From positions 225,742,001-225,806,000 of the forward strand of contig OZ024741.1 of assembly GCA_964016885.1 (NCBI GenBank): a stretch of 64,000 nt of DNA, in the 5' to 3' direction. Both the position numbers and the translations under genes were made by a program. Positions 14,715-27,719 of the stretch are shown piece by piece; the stretch's first letter is position 1, and each line of letters opens with the position of its first letter. The stretch is from Eledone cirrhosa. Its lineage: Eukaryota. The notes beneath the pieces are model-generated. The model searched no databases. It had not been told where the DNA came from and saw only the letters and a program-made list of their open reading frames with translations.

Positions 14715-15490
14715 TATGCCTGGGGTGTCAGGGAGGGGCATTTACCTTTGTGGGGGGGGGGATAGCCATGCCCTATTCAGGACAGCTCGTCCTGGATTGG
14801 GTCCCACCTGACACTCAGTTCTCACCTGTGGCCCCCAAAAACTGTAGCATGCGACAGCGGTCACACCCTGGTAAACCGCCTTGCCTGGCGGGTCGAACCG
14901 GGTTGAGGGTAGCCGGACGAGTCTGAAACTCCCCGGTGATTTAGATAGGGGATGCCTGCCTCTGCATGCGAAGGCTGGACCCGGGTGAGTGAGTGGAGGA
15001 GGACAACATCGTCCCAACGGTCACGAAGGCGGTGACGGCAAGCGGTGTAGAGCGCTAGGGCACGGCAAGACACTACAGACGTCGTGGCCATCCACTGCAG
15101 TCAAGGAAGTCCCTGGTCGTGACGGTCCTCCGTACCACTTGATTCTGGCTTCTGGGGCCGAGTGAGTGGGACCGTCACTGTGCACTGGCCCTCCCATCAT
15201 AAATCTTTCCCGCACAGGTTTCTTCTTTAGCGTCCACTCCCAAAGCCCTGCAGCGATGGGCGAGAGGCGGAGGTAATAGGTGGAGGTTACCTCTGAGAGT
15301 TGCCACACGTGGGCGGCCTGAAGGAGAAAGGCATCAACAGCTGCCCTAAGCGACTCCGATCTCTTGCCCTGCCCCCACTGTCCCCGGACCTGTAAGTCAA
15401 GGATCGGCCCCCACAGCCACCTTCGTGCCCACGGCAGACGGGAACTAAAATAAAGAAGATGCCATCATCATTTACGATGGACAACCAAGA
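14715..15490 (+). mobile_element. GC-rich non-coding retroelement, probably a non-autonomous RTE derivative (5'UTR + 3' end)
   Basis: A sharp GC-rich island with no coding signature. It shares the gagtggga...gtgca...cacagg block with the other RTE-UTR elements here. The RTE assignment is from recalled similarity. Confidence 0.5.
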
Positions 15491-17247
15491 TCACTGTGAA
15501 CATTTCTGTAAATTAGGTTAAGTGTACACATGTCTGTGGAATGGTCGGAGAATACACGTTGACCTCATGAACAGGCGGTTCCGTTAATCGAACAAGTGGA
15601 ATATTCGTCGTCGAAACCGACGTAGGTCCAATTAATTCTCTTTCTGCCTAAGCAGTAAAATAGGTTTAACAAAGCCAAAGAGAATGTAGATAATCTTTAG
15701 AATTTCATTACTAGAATTGTAGAGTAATAAATAAACTCCCGACAAGCATATGTCTATCGCGTTATCATTTCTCCCTCTTGTATCATTTAGAAAGGGTCAA
15801 ATGTTACAACGTCCGGTATATATCATTCATGATATACATGACAGAAAAAATGTGTATTATATAAAAAACGAGGTGCATGTCCTTTTTGTAACTAGATTGG
15901 AAACAAAGAAAAATCAATATTTTTCTTAAAACTTTCTATAATTTGATGTCTAAAAATATACAGTAAAATAAACATAACATCGGATGGAAGTCACGTTCAT
16001 TTAGTAAATATACAATTAGCTAAATCAAGCGGTAGCAATTAGATGATAATGGCTTGATAGATTTAGTAGTTTATGGTAACTGAATTACATTCAACATGGC
16101 TACCGTTTTCAGATATTGATAATTTACCCTCGAAAGTAATATTGATACGAAATAGAAATTCCTTATCAGAAGGAAAATATATCATCATATTTAATATCCT
16201 TTAAGAGTCCAACCATTCCATTAACACTGGACATGTGATTTAATATTACTTCCATTTCTATTAAATTTGCTATGTATAGAGTCTTGTGGCACAAGATAAA
16301 TGATGAATATTTTATCATATCGTGAAATATTAGTTTGCAGTTTCCTGTCAATGCACCCTTCTACATTCATATATACATAAACAATTAGTCCTATATATAA
16401 ACACGAAGACCAAATCCGAGGCATTCTGTAGTATACTTGTCTATGCAGCACGAATGCCTCAGAAAGCATACTCAACCAATGCATTGTAGATTTGAAAGCA
16501 AGCTGTAATGTTATTACGGATGATGGGGCTGATACTGCAAAATATCTCAGTATATCTCAGATTATAACGCGGGAGAAAATAGTTGACAGCAACAGTTGAT
16601 TACATGACTATGAAGTGATTTAAAACATGATATAATTTTTCTCTTTTTAATAATTACATATACTTCTTTTCGATCATTTTTTAAATCTGATTCTCCCTTT
16701 CTAATAAACGTTGATAACCTTAGATTTTATCTTTTTTGACTTATCAATACTAGATATTTAAAACAATCTATTTTTTCTGTGCAGAAAGAATAATGGAGAC
16801 TATGATTAAACTTCTTCTCAGAAGGAATACTTGTAATTCAAATCGCTTCTTATATCTATAATGTATTTATCTTGCGCACTTTAATATATGCTGTTTTAAA
16901 ACCTAAATATATATAATTTAATTAGGTTCGTTGCTAAATTAGCACTTCATGTAAATTAGAGGCGTCATCACAGTTAAAGTCTAGGCTAAATTGAACGTAA
17001 ATAGAAATTGCTATAAAGATAGCTTTGTAGGTAGAATCATACAAGTAGTTATCTTCTGATGAGGAGACAATAATATCTGAAACAAGTGAAGATAATAATC
17101 TCTTGTTTTTCTGTGAAAAGAATGTATAGTAGAAAGTATGCTTAAACTATTGTCTCTTTTGCAGTGAGGCTTCCAATTAAAACAAAATATATTTATATAT
17201 CTATCTATATACATGTATATGTATATTTATATGTATATATGCATATG

Positions 17248-17278
<31 letters not shown>

Positions 17279-17705
17279 GAATAAAGTTAGTCCTTCATCA
17301 GTGATCTTCCAACCCTCATTGGTATTTCATCGCTTTAAAGACCATATACCTCCGGTTGGTGCGAATAACGGCCAAAGAAATTCGTTGGGACACGTAAATA
17401 AGGGGAACGAGCGAGACTGTAAACAAACAAAGATGGTAAAGCAACGAAAAGTGAGGAAGAAAGAGTCAAGTCCCAGATTTCCATGAATATAAGTTCGGTG
17501 AAATCGTGAACGAGAGAGAATAAAGACCATCAAACCTAGTCGAAATGTGAGCAAGGAAAGAATTCCGCACAGGTCAAACGGGAGGAAGAAGGAGTCTAGT
17601 CCCTGAATTCGGAAGAAGATCTTATCGGTTCAAGTTTTTCCTGGAAAAACATGAACCGATAAGATCTTCTTCCTGGATATGTCAATATTTATAAAATAAA
17701 CTTTG

Positions 17706-17766
17706 TATTTTATCTGATGAGAGCGTACCAACGTTTTGGTACCCTTGAAATATATATAATAGAATA
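17706..17766 (+). ncRNA. Type I hammerhead ribozyme-like motif (GAAAU/AUA variant) in a (TA)n-flanked repeat (~17280-17810)
   Basis: tattttat-CTGATGA-gagcgtacca acgtt ttggtaccctt-GAAAT-atat-ATA-atagaata. Homologues at 38025-38573. Confidence 0.65.
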
Positions 17767-17805
17767 AATATGGTTTTATAAATATAGTTTCCATTTATTT
17801 AATAT

Positions 17806-17851
<46 letters not shown>

Positions 17852-19003
17852 ATGCATATATATATATGAATGTATATGTATATATATGTGTGTGTATACC
17901 TGTGTATGTATATATATATCTGTATGTATATATATATAGGTGTATATATGTATTTAGATATATATATGTATATATATATTATATATGTATTTACCTATAT
18001 ATATATGTATATGAATGTATATGTATATATATATATGTATATATATGTACGTATATATATATATATGTATGTATATATATATATATGCTTGTATTTGTTA
18101 TAGGTGTATATATTATATTATATATACTGGTATATGTGTATATGGTTAAGTGTATATGTGTATTTTGTTTTTGTGGGTGTATGCGTGTATGCGTGTTTGC
18201 ACGTTTGTAAGGTGTGTATATGTGTACTTTGAGTTATGGTATACGTACGTTTGGTGAACATATGTGTATTTACCTGTAGGTATGTGTGCGCGTGTGTTAT
18301 ATACGTATTCATGTTTCTATATTTATATACGTTTATATAATTATATGTATACACACACACATATATATATATTTTTATGTGTATTTGGTGTATATGTTCG
18401 TATGTGTGCGGGTACATGTGTCGCGCGAGTTTATGTACGTGTACCCGTGTTTATGTGTACGTGCATGTATATGCATGGAGGGCGGGTGTTTTCGCGTATG
18501 CACATATATGTACATATATAGATGTGTGTATGTATATATTTAATTATTATTACTTTTATGATTTTAATAACCTTTGTCATTTTTGTTCTACTAATTTATT
18601 TACATTATTCTTAACTCCGAAGCCGAGAATCATTCGGTTTCCTAAATAGAATATTAGTATACGACTCCATTTATACCATAAACGTGGTTTTGTCTTTGCG
18701 TGTAATTGTTCTCATGGCTCCAAATAACGACGTATTATCTTCGTCTTTTCCCGTTCATTGCCAGGGAACGTCTTCACGTACCAAAGTATCGTCTTCCTGT
18801 TTTCCTTCGGTTGCAACGTTTTTCGAAATATTTACTTCTGCGTTCACAAATTGATTTTTTTAGTTTCAGAAGATCCCGTTAAAGGTGAAAACAGCGATTC
18901 TTTGCTTAAACTTTAATCTGTTATTTTAATAAATATTTGCTCTAGGGTTCTTATATATTTGATATATATTTTTCCTTATCGAGCCCTCTTTGGATTTTAG
19001 TCT

Positions 19004-19183
19004 TGGCAGTATCGGTAGAGGGTCGGACACCATGCTTTGCAGCAAAGAGTTACGGCCCTTTATGGTCTGAGTTCAAATCCCGCGAGGTTAACTTTGCCTT
19101 TCATCCTTATGGGGTCGATAAAATAAAGTACCAGTAATACACTGGGATAATTGCTGGCCTTGTGTCAAAAGTAGAAACAATTA
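19004..19183 (+). mobile_element. tRNA-derived SINE with Meta-like domain
   Basis: A box tggcagtatcgg, B box gagttcaaatccc, then gcctttcatccttatggggtcgataaaataaagtaccag. Confidence 0.8.
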
Positions 19184-19245
19184 TATATATATATATAATT
19201 AGCCGTCGAAACGGCTTGAGCTCAGCTGTCGGGGTCTTACTGGTT

Positions 19246-19335
<90 letters not shown>

Positions 19336-19520
19336 TTTGTTTTGCAAGGTTTTTGATATGAAATCGTGTGTTGAAACAAATATTGTTATATTTGGGGAGC
19401 GTGCCATTGTTATAATATTTCCAAATATAATTGTTTCTACTTTTTGGCACAAGGCCAGCAAATACCCAGTGTATTACTGGTATTTCATTGAATCTATAAT
19501 TTTATTGAATCTATAAATTT

Positions 19521-19561
19521 GCTCTGAGGAACACCAACAGTGTGAAACAGAATCTGTCAGC
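19521..19561 (+). ncRNA. Small type I hammerhead ribozyme
   Basis: gct-CTGAGGA-acac caaca gtgt-GAAAC-ag aat ct-GTC-agc. The downstream flank is homologous to 21875-22020, which has a degenerate core. Confidence 0.65.
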
Positions 19562-19807
19562 TTCTCTCCCTTCCTTTGCCGAAAAGAGAAGTAAGTGACA
19601 TAGTCACTACTTTAAAATGATAGCGCAAGGTCTTCAAAATGTTTTTAATTAAACATACGGTATATTACTAAATATACTATACATACATTCAGTGCACTAA
19701 CCCTAATTTATATATATATATATATACATATATATATGTGTATGAATGACGTATTTCCGTCAGAAAGGTACAGGAAAAAGAATGCTCTATGTAGGCTACA
19801 GAGCTTA

Positions 19808-20162
19808 TTAGATATGTAATAAACAACATAAGATAATTATTTCATTTACCAGTGGTTTCTTGAAGACAGATGTTGTGTCTGTCTTCAGTCGTCAGAATGA
19901 ATAAAAAAACATGGTGTTTTTATTAAATATGGATTTGAAAACAAATTTTAGGAAATATGAAAGTGAGGCTGAAAAAACTGGCGAAAAGGAAAAAGGGGAA
20001 AAAATAAAAAATAGATAATCATAAATATCCAGAACGTAAACATACATACGCTCAACTTTTACCCACTAGGTTTTTAAGCGTACTCACATAAGGTTATATG
20101 TAGGCGCATATGCAGACAGGCTTATGTGTACTTACATATATACGTGTTTTTATTTATATGTA

Positions 20163-20193
<31 letters not shown>

Positions 20194-20839
20194 GTGTATA
20201 TATATATGTGTTTGTATATATATATATGTATGTATGTATGTATTTGTTTATATGTATTTGTATATATGTATGCTTGCGGTTGTATATATGTTTTGTGTAT
20301 ATGAGTATATATGAGTATATATGTGTTTATATGTGTGTATAGATGTACGTATATGTTTATTTGTATGCGTGTGTTGATTTCTTTTTGCGTGCGTGTGTGC
20401 GCACGCGTATGTGTACGTATGTAGATGGGTTATGTACCTTTGAGATTCATTTTTCTAATTTATTGTAGTGTTTTTTGTATGTGTATGCACGTGGATGTGT
20501 GTGTATATGGTTGTATGTATGTGTGTATATATATATATTTATATGTGTGTGTGTATGTGTGTGTATATGTATGTGCATGTGTACGTATATTTATTTTTTT
20601 ATATATATATACACATATATACGTGTGTGTTTGCCTGTGTGTATAGGTATATATGCATGTATATGTGTATATGTGTATGTATGTGTATATATATATATGT
20701 ATATGCATATATTGTGTATTTGTTTATATTTAAGTTCTTTTTATTCCTCCCCCCTCCTCCCGCACACTCACACCTATCGTTGTCAACACGCCCCCCTCTT
20801 TTTTTACTTTATTTTGTTTTTGATTTTGATCTTTACTTT

Positions 20840-20887
<48 letters not shown>

Positions 20888-21051
20888 AAAGAATAGAGGT
20901 GTAACACACAAGTTATGATATATTGGTAAACGGAATAGAAAATGCTGACAAATTGTTCACAGTGAAAAATAGTTTAATTAGGAATAAGTGATAATTAGTA
21001 ATAGTATTGTTTAGTATTAAGTTTTGGTTTTAAGTTTATATGTGTACGTAT

Positions 21052-21126
<75 letters not shown>

Positions 21127-21620
21127 CATATATGTTTTGTATTTTTTGTTTTTATTTATTTATTTAGTTATTCCTGTTCCCTAACTACAGTCCATATTTG
21201 TGTGTACATTTTTGAGTGCATATATATCTGTGTACATATATGTGTATATATTTATGTATATGTATGTGTATGTATTTATGTTCCTGTCCGTTTTTCTATG
21301 TAGACGCAAATACGCTTACGTGAGAAAGTATCCGTCTACGTACTTTTTAGTATATGCGCGTAGTTGAGTGTGTGTATGTTTACGTTCTGGATATTTATAT
21401 TTTTATATATATTTTTTTAATTATTTTCCCTTTTTCCTTTTCGCCCGTTTTTTTCAGCCTCACTTTCATATTTCCTAAAATTTGTTTTCAAATCCATATT
21501 TAATAAATACACCATGTTTTTTTAATTCATTCTGACGACTGAAGAAAGACACAACATCTGTCTTCAAGCAACCACTGATAAATGAAATAATTATCTCATG
21601 TTGTTTATTACATAACTAAT
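19808..21620. repeat. Fold-back insertion: inverted arms (~19808-19995 vs ~21430-21620) each with an HHR copy
   Basis: The arms are diverged reverse complements around microsatellite-rich UTR-like sequence. Confidence 0.7.
19841..19901 (-). ncRNA. Canonical type I hammerhead ribozyme
   Basis: ttcatt-CTGACGA-c tgaagacaga cacaaca tctgtcttca a-GAAAC-cactg-GTA-aatgaa. The plus-strand twin at 21526-21586 has GCAAC (degenerate). Confidence 0.82.
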
Positions 21621-22330
21621 ATATACATATATATATATATTGTTATATATTGTTATATATCTATATATGTTTTTATATTTGGTGATGGTCAACACACATA
21701 CGCACTATTCGATTTAATATACATCGCTATTTCAGAGCACCAATACTAATACTTAATTTTTGCTGGACCAAAAATCAGCTCTTAAACATTCCTTGAATTC
21801 TATAAGAATCCATCTTCTATAATACTCGGCAGAAGCGAAATGGTATGTAGACTTGATAACCGATAAAGAGCGAGAAACAGGACTGTCGATTACTCCCCTT
21901 TGTTTTTACCGAGAATAAGTAAGTAACATAGTCACTAATTTAAAACTCATAGCGAATGATCTTCAAAATATTTTAAAATAAACATACAGTATATTATTAA
22001 ATATACTTTACGTACATTAGTTATTAGATAGTTCGTCAAAGCTCTTTCATCAGATATTCTGTGATTAAATGCCGCAAAGCCTTTTGTTCGATGCTCTAAT
22101 GATTCAGCTAATACACAATTCTTAACTGATATATAAAAACGACATAATGGCGTGCGTTTTAACAAGCATAACAACAACAACAAATGTGATAATATATGTC
22201 GAATAATACCAAGTTCAATACAACACTATGTTATAATTGCAACAACATCAAGTTCAAAGAAATAACAAAAGAAACGACACAGTATATGAAAGGAATAAAT
22301 TAGTTTAAAGCTTGAAATAGCATGAATAGG

Positions 22331-22368
22331 GTCTTAACGTTTCGGACTCTAGTTCTTCATCAGAAGAA
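22331..22368 (-). ncRNA. Minimal (loopless stem III) hammerhead motif
   Basis: ttctt-CTGATGA-agaac taga gtcc-GAAACGTT-aagac. Homologue at 37648-37685. Confidence 0.62.
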
Positions 22369-23104
22369 AGAATGAGAAATTAAAGAAGAAATAGAGATTG
22401 AGGGGACAGGCAGGGCAGGATCGGAAATAGTTCAAAGAAATCTCATATTGCTAACATCACTCCCAATATTGCTACTATTGCTAGCCGCTGGTCTTAGAAA
22501 TGAGCCTGCAACATGGTAGAATAATTTCGAACAGCCTGCCAATGAAATTAACGTGTAAGTGGCTGAGTATTCAACAGACATATGCTTCCTTAACGATGTT
22601 CTCGAGGAGATTCAGCATAGCACAGTGTGTTATAAAGCTGACTATTTGAACTGCAGATTCAACTCATTTTTGCTAGCTGAGTGAATTAACGCGTAAGTGG
22701 CTAAGTATTCCACAGAAATATGCATCCTTACCGATGTTCTCAGGGATATTCAGCATTGCACAGTATGTTATAAAGCTGACCATTTAAAATGTAGATTCCA
22801 CTCATTTTTGCTAGCTGAGTAAATTAGCGCATCATCAAGTGAATGCGCCACCGATGGTCGAACACATGAGCTTATGATTGTGAGTAGAACACTATGACCA
22901 CAAAGCCGCGTTCATTCACATTAAAATAATCCTACTTTGCAATATATGCTGGTTTCATATTAAAAGGAAAAATCTCACTATTTCTGAAAACAACAATAGC
23001 CATAATACCTATAAAAGCAAGCTAGTGAGAGAGAGCAAAGCAGCCTTCCCTCATACCACATGAGACTTTCTCTAAAGACATATGGAAACATTGAATAATA
23101 TAAT

Positions 23105-23290
23105 TGTTTCTACTTTTGGCACAAGGCCAGCAATTACCTAGTGCATTACTGGTACTTTATTTTATCGACCCCGTAAGGATGAAAGGCAAAGTTAACTTCG
23201 GCGGGATTTGAACTCAGAATGGCAAGAGTTGTAACTCTATGCGTCAAAGCATGGCGTCCGACCCTCTACCGATACTGCCAGTCCACTGCC
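23105..23290 (-). mobile_element. tRNA-derived Meta-like SINE with 15-bp TSD
   Basis: TSD attgaataatataat at 23090-23104 and 23291-23305. Confidence 0.88.
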
Positions 23291-23622
23291 ATTGAATAAT
23301 ATAATACTAGGAAAAATGGAATATCTAGAATTGGAATATTTTTGATGATAGATTCGCCCATTTAAGCAGCATCTATAGTTATCAAATACATTATGGAGTC
23401 ACAAGGAAATAAAGCAGTTTCTAAACCTGTTTACGTATGTATATATATACATGTATGTATGTATGTATGTATGTATGTATACATGTATGTATGTGGGTAT
23501 GTATGTACGTATATGGGTATGTATGTGTGTATGTATGTGTATTTGGGTATATCTGTGATGATGTTTTTAGGAGAAATAGGTTCAGACAGGCTGTATACAT
23601 TGTATGTATGTATGTATGTATG

Positions 23623-25212
23623 TTCTTCTGGTTTTATAATTTCACAAAGTTTTACCAATAGAGAGAGAGTCGGTTTCTAACCTAGACACAAGACTCTCTC
23701 ATTGGAATTTACACAACATCAACTAGGTAGATATGTATGTATGCATGTGTAGATATGGATGTTATTGTAAGTGTGGATGTGTATGTTTTGAGTTGCATGT
23801 GTATATGCTTTGTATCTGTTCATGTGTATATGCAGTTATTAGATGTAAAATTTTTGGAATGTTTTACATATTTTTACTGTTCCATTAATGGATTGTACTT
23901 GTAGTTTCCTAACTAGTTGTGTTATTTCTGTTCCTGTGAAGCCTAGCTTCTCAAGATTTGTATTGAGGCAGTAACTAACATATCCCAGTGCCCCAATAAT
24001 CACAGGCATAAATCTGAAGGTGTAATCAGGGTGGAGCATCTGCAGATTTCTCATCAGTTCTGCATAAATATTCTCCTTTTCACTAATCTTTGATATTATA
24101 TTGGCATCTGCTGGGCAGCTAATTTCCACTACTGTGCATGTTTTCTTCTCCCTGTCCCATATCATAATATCTGGTCTGTTATGCCTGCATTTTCTTGGGG
24201 TTTTTACTGGAACATTCCACCAGTACTCTTTCATATTATGTACATGGATGTCTTCCACATTGTTGTAGCTTTTAATGTGTTTATTATCGGGGCTATCTTT
24301 TTTACGAACTGTATTGTACAGTGTTTTGGCCACTACATCATGCCTCATAGGTAGATAGTACCGCGATGACATCTTTGGACAGCTGCTGTTTATACTTTTG
24401 ATTATCATTATCGATAGCAATTTCCACAACAGTCGAGGTAGACTCGGATAGTATACGTGGTGTCACATTTATTCGATTATTATTATTATTTCTTCGATTA
24501 TTATTATTATCGATAGTGTTTTCCCCAGCATTCGAGGTAGACTTACATGGTACAGGTGGTGTCAAGTTTATTACAGGCATAGTTGTTTCAAGGCGCTGTT
24601 CGACCTGGCTGCTAGGAAGTCTAGTAGTATGGCGATCTGTAGCACGTGTTGTTGATTCCATGTTGTTGGGGGGGGGGGACTTACAATTAATAATATTTAT
24701 CTTATTTTTACGTTCAACAAACGTCGGTTGTTGGCGTAATTGTTTCGCTGTGAAATAATTTAGCTCTGGCTGCATTTCGTCCCAGTGTAGCTTCATTCTA
24801 TTCATATAGCCAATGGAGGGATTGTTTTTTGCCATCTTATAACAATTAAATAAATCATTATTAAGTTCGCAACTCCAAGAGAAATGCGATTTATAATTGC
24901 GGTTTCTTCTGTAGCTACAACTGAATAAAGTTTGATTACCTTCTTTGTTATTTGTCTTCAATACTTCCTTAATTTTTTTGTTGATGTTTTGTTCAGCCAT
25001 GCTGTTTGTAGCAAATCCTTGTAAAATGAATTATGTATTTAGTCGGATACCTCTACGAATTCGAATAAAAGTTGTCGTCAGAAGGGATAGTTAGAAGAAT
25101 AACCAGGTATTCAACCTGACTGTAGTTGTGGCATTACTGTCGGAGATAATATTCATCTTAAATTTAATAAATAGTCTCCCACGCCAAAATATGCGACTGA
25201 TCGCGTTGACTG
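23623..25212 (-). mobile_element. Internally deleted R4/Dong-type non-LTR element (5'UTR + N-terminus fused to RLE domain + 3'UTR, no RT) in (TACA)n
   Basis: ORF 24338-25000 (WSCELNNDLFNCY..GYMNRMKLHW...PEL) matches the N-terminus of the 1169-aa ORF. ORF 23839-24429 has RYYLPMRHD, NRPDIMIWD, VVEISCP and KICKTF. Confidence 0.88.
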
Positions 25213-25239
25213 ATGTATGTATGTATGTATGTATGTATG

Positions 25240-25720
25240 TTCTTCTGGTTTTATAATTTCACAACTTTTTGCACATAGAGAGAGAGCCGGTTTCTAAAAT
25301 AGACACAAGACTCTCTCATTGGAATTTACACAGCATCAACTAGGTAGATATGTATGCATGTCTGCATGCATGAGTGTGCAGGTATGGATGTTATTGAATG
25401 TGGGAATGTTTATGTATGAGATGTATGTGTACATGTGCATATGCTTTGTATCTCTACATGTGTATATGCAGTTAGATGTAGAATGGAATGTTTTACATAT
25501 TTTTACTGTTCAATTAATGGATTGTACTTGTAACTTCCTAACTAGTTGTGTTATTTCTGTTCCTGTGAAGCCTATCTTCTCAAGATTTGTATTGAGGCAG
25601 TTACTAACATATCCAGTGCCCCAATAATCACAGGCATAAATCTGAAGGTATAGTCAGGGTGGAGTATCTGCAGATTTCTCATTAGTTCTGCATAAATATT
25701 CTCCTTTTCACTAATCTTTG
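25240..25720 (-). mobile_element. 5'-truncated copy of the same R4/Dong-type family
   Basis: Diverged copy of 23623-24095, flanked by (TATG)n. Confidence 0.85.
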
Positions 25721-25762
25721 ATGTATGTATCTATGTGAGTATGTATGCATGTATGTATGTAC

Positions 25763-25793
<31 letters not shown>

Positions 25794-27079
25794 TGTATGT
25801 ATGTATGTATGTATGTATGTATGTATGTACATATGTATGTATCTATTTAGGTATGTGTGTGTATGTATGAATCTATGTATATATGTATGTGGCGATGTAT
25901 GTATGAATGTATGTATGTATGTATGTATGTATGTATGTATGTATGTATGTATGTATGTATGTATCTATCTATGTATGTATGTATGTATGAGGGAGCTTAT
26001 AGATAGGACAACACACGCTGTCTTTTCGTGGGGTTAGTTTTTAATTAATTTTTGTATTCTGAAACATCAAAATACAACAATTTGTTTGTCACTGGACTCG
26101 GGAATGTCACGACAGAAGTTTGTGGAAGTTACACAAATATTTTAGTATATTTTAGCAGAGCAATCCTTATTTATATTTTACATTTTACATTTACTTACAT
26201 CTCAATATAACATGGCTAAAATTCAAATTTTGCAAAAAGAAGAAAACGGTCAAATGAACTAGATACATCGCACTGTCCCCCGCCACCACAATAACTTCTA
26301 CACTCTCTCCCCACCATCGACCTGTTGTCAAACTCTCTACTCTCTGTTAAATGTGTATATATATATATATATGTGTATGTATATGTGTGTATATACGTCA
26401 CTCAGTCAAACGACCAGATTTCAACCCCAACATCTACAACAACAACACCGGCACTAATGTTTACAGCAACAACAGCTTCAGAATGAACTGAAATGAACAT
26501 TTACAACAACAACAACAGCGGCATCAAAAGATAAAAAAAAAATAAAATAAAATAAAAAAAACTCAAAATAACAAAACACGCACACAGCACAACAACAACA
26601 TCAACTGCCACCACCACCACCACTACCGCCGCCGCCACCACCATCACCATCGACCGGGCCTTAAGAAAACAAATTTAATAATTTTTCTGCTTTTGGCACG
26701 GTCCCAGCGCATCACTGGTACTCTCTTTTGTTGACTCCGTGGGGATGAAAGGCAAGGTTGACTTCGGCGGGATTTAAGCTCAGAGCGTGGAGAGCCATAG
26801 CTCTATGCTGTAAAGCAATTATAATAATACTGGACTGTAGTACGATCGGCTTCAACTATACAAACTCTTGAAAGTCAACAGTTGACATAATCTTGTAATC
26901 TTGTATCAGTAATGACGGTAATATATATATATGTGTGTGTGTGTGTGTAAGTGAGTAGAGTAGCGTGTGTGTGTTTGTTTGTATGTATGAGTGTTGCTTT
27001 GTGCGCGCATATGTATGCGCGTGTGTGTATGTCGTACGTATAAGTGTCAATAAGTGATTTTTTTTTTTTTTTTTTTTTT

Positions 27080-27360
27080 TGCGCGGGGACATAGAAGTAA
27101 TCGTGCTGGATGCCCGATCGCGCAGTTAAACCACTGGGAGTGAAGAACCCCTAGCCCTTGTCAGGGCATTCTTCTAGGAGAAGGCATCTCAGGAAACTGG
27201 GTTAACTCCGACATAAAACCTGCGGCTCAGTAGTTACCGATGATGTTGATCTTTTCTTCTTTTCGGGTTATAGCTACTGTCGCTCAGAGAGTGGGATTGG
27301 CTCAGTGCACAGTCTTTCCTCACTTTAAAAATATTCGTCACGCACAGGCATTGCACGAGT
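27080..27360 (+). mobile_element. RTE-5'UTR-like short retroelement (second family; longer copy at ~32340-32770)
   Basis: Near-identical to 32492-32770. Shares ctaggagaag...aactc.gatataaaacctgc...gatgttga...gagagtggga...cacaggcattgc with the element at 44717. Confidence 0.6.
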
Positions 27361-27417
27361 GCATTAATAATTATTATTAGTGTGCTACTATTATTATTAT
27401 TATTATTGTTATTGTTA

Positions 27418-27648
27418 TTCCTTGAATCTCAGTCATTGATGTTGGTTAACTGGAAAGTCCGTTGGATTGAATATCAAGCCACTACCTGCAGCCTCAGATA
27501 TTCAGGACGTATCGGAGGGTTCTTGCTGTTCCAAGCAAGCATGCCTTTTGAAGCGTTCCAAAAAGCGTGAAGGGGCCGATTTTCTTTAACCATCCCTGGA
27601 AACCTTTGGAGATAGTCCCCAGTGCGCCTATGACAATCGGGATCACTT
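27418..27648 (-). mobile_element. 3' fragment of a Dong/R4-type element in (TAA)n
   Basis: Minus-strand VIPIVIGALGTISKGFQGWLKKIG...LQKACLLGTARTLRYVL is a typical R4/Dong C-terminus. (TAA)n lies on both sides. Confidence 0.82.
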
Positions 27649-27719
27649 TGTTATTATTATTATTATTATTATTATTGTTATTGTTACTATTATTAATACT
27701 TTTTTTTTTTTTTTTTTTT

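Noticed and set aside
25040-25090. CTGACGA...GAATTCGTA on the minus strand in the Dong 5'UTR
   Set aside because: There is no stem II and the core is non-canonical, so it is likely chance.
26216-26401. Possible further cyclase exon (also checked 16166-16484, 17011-17214 and 18660-18900)
   Set aside because: No adenylyl cyclase motifs (KILGDCYY, VHI) or convincing splice pairs.
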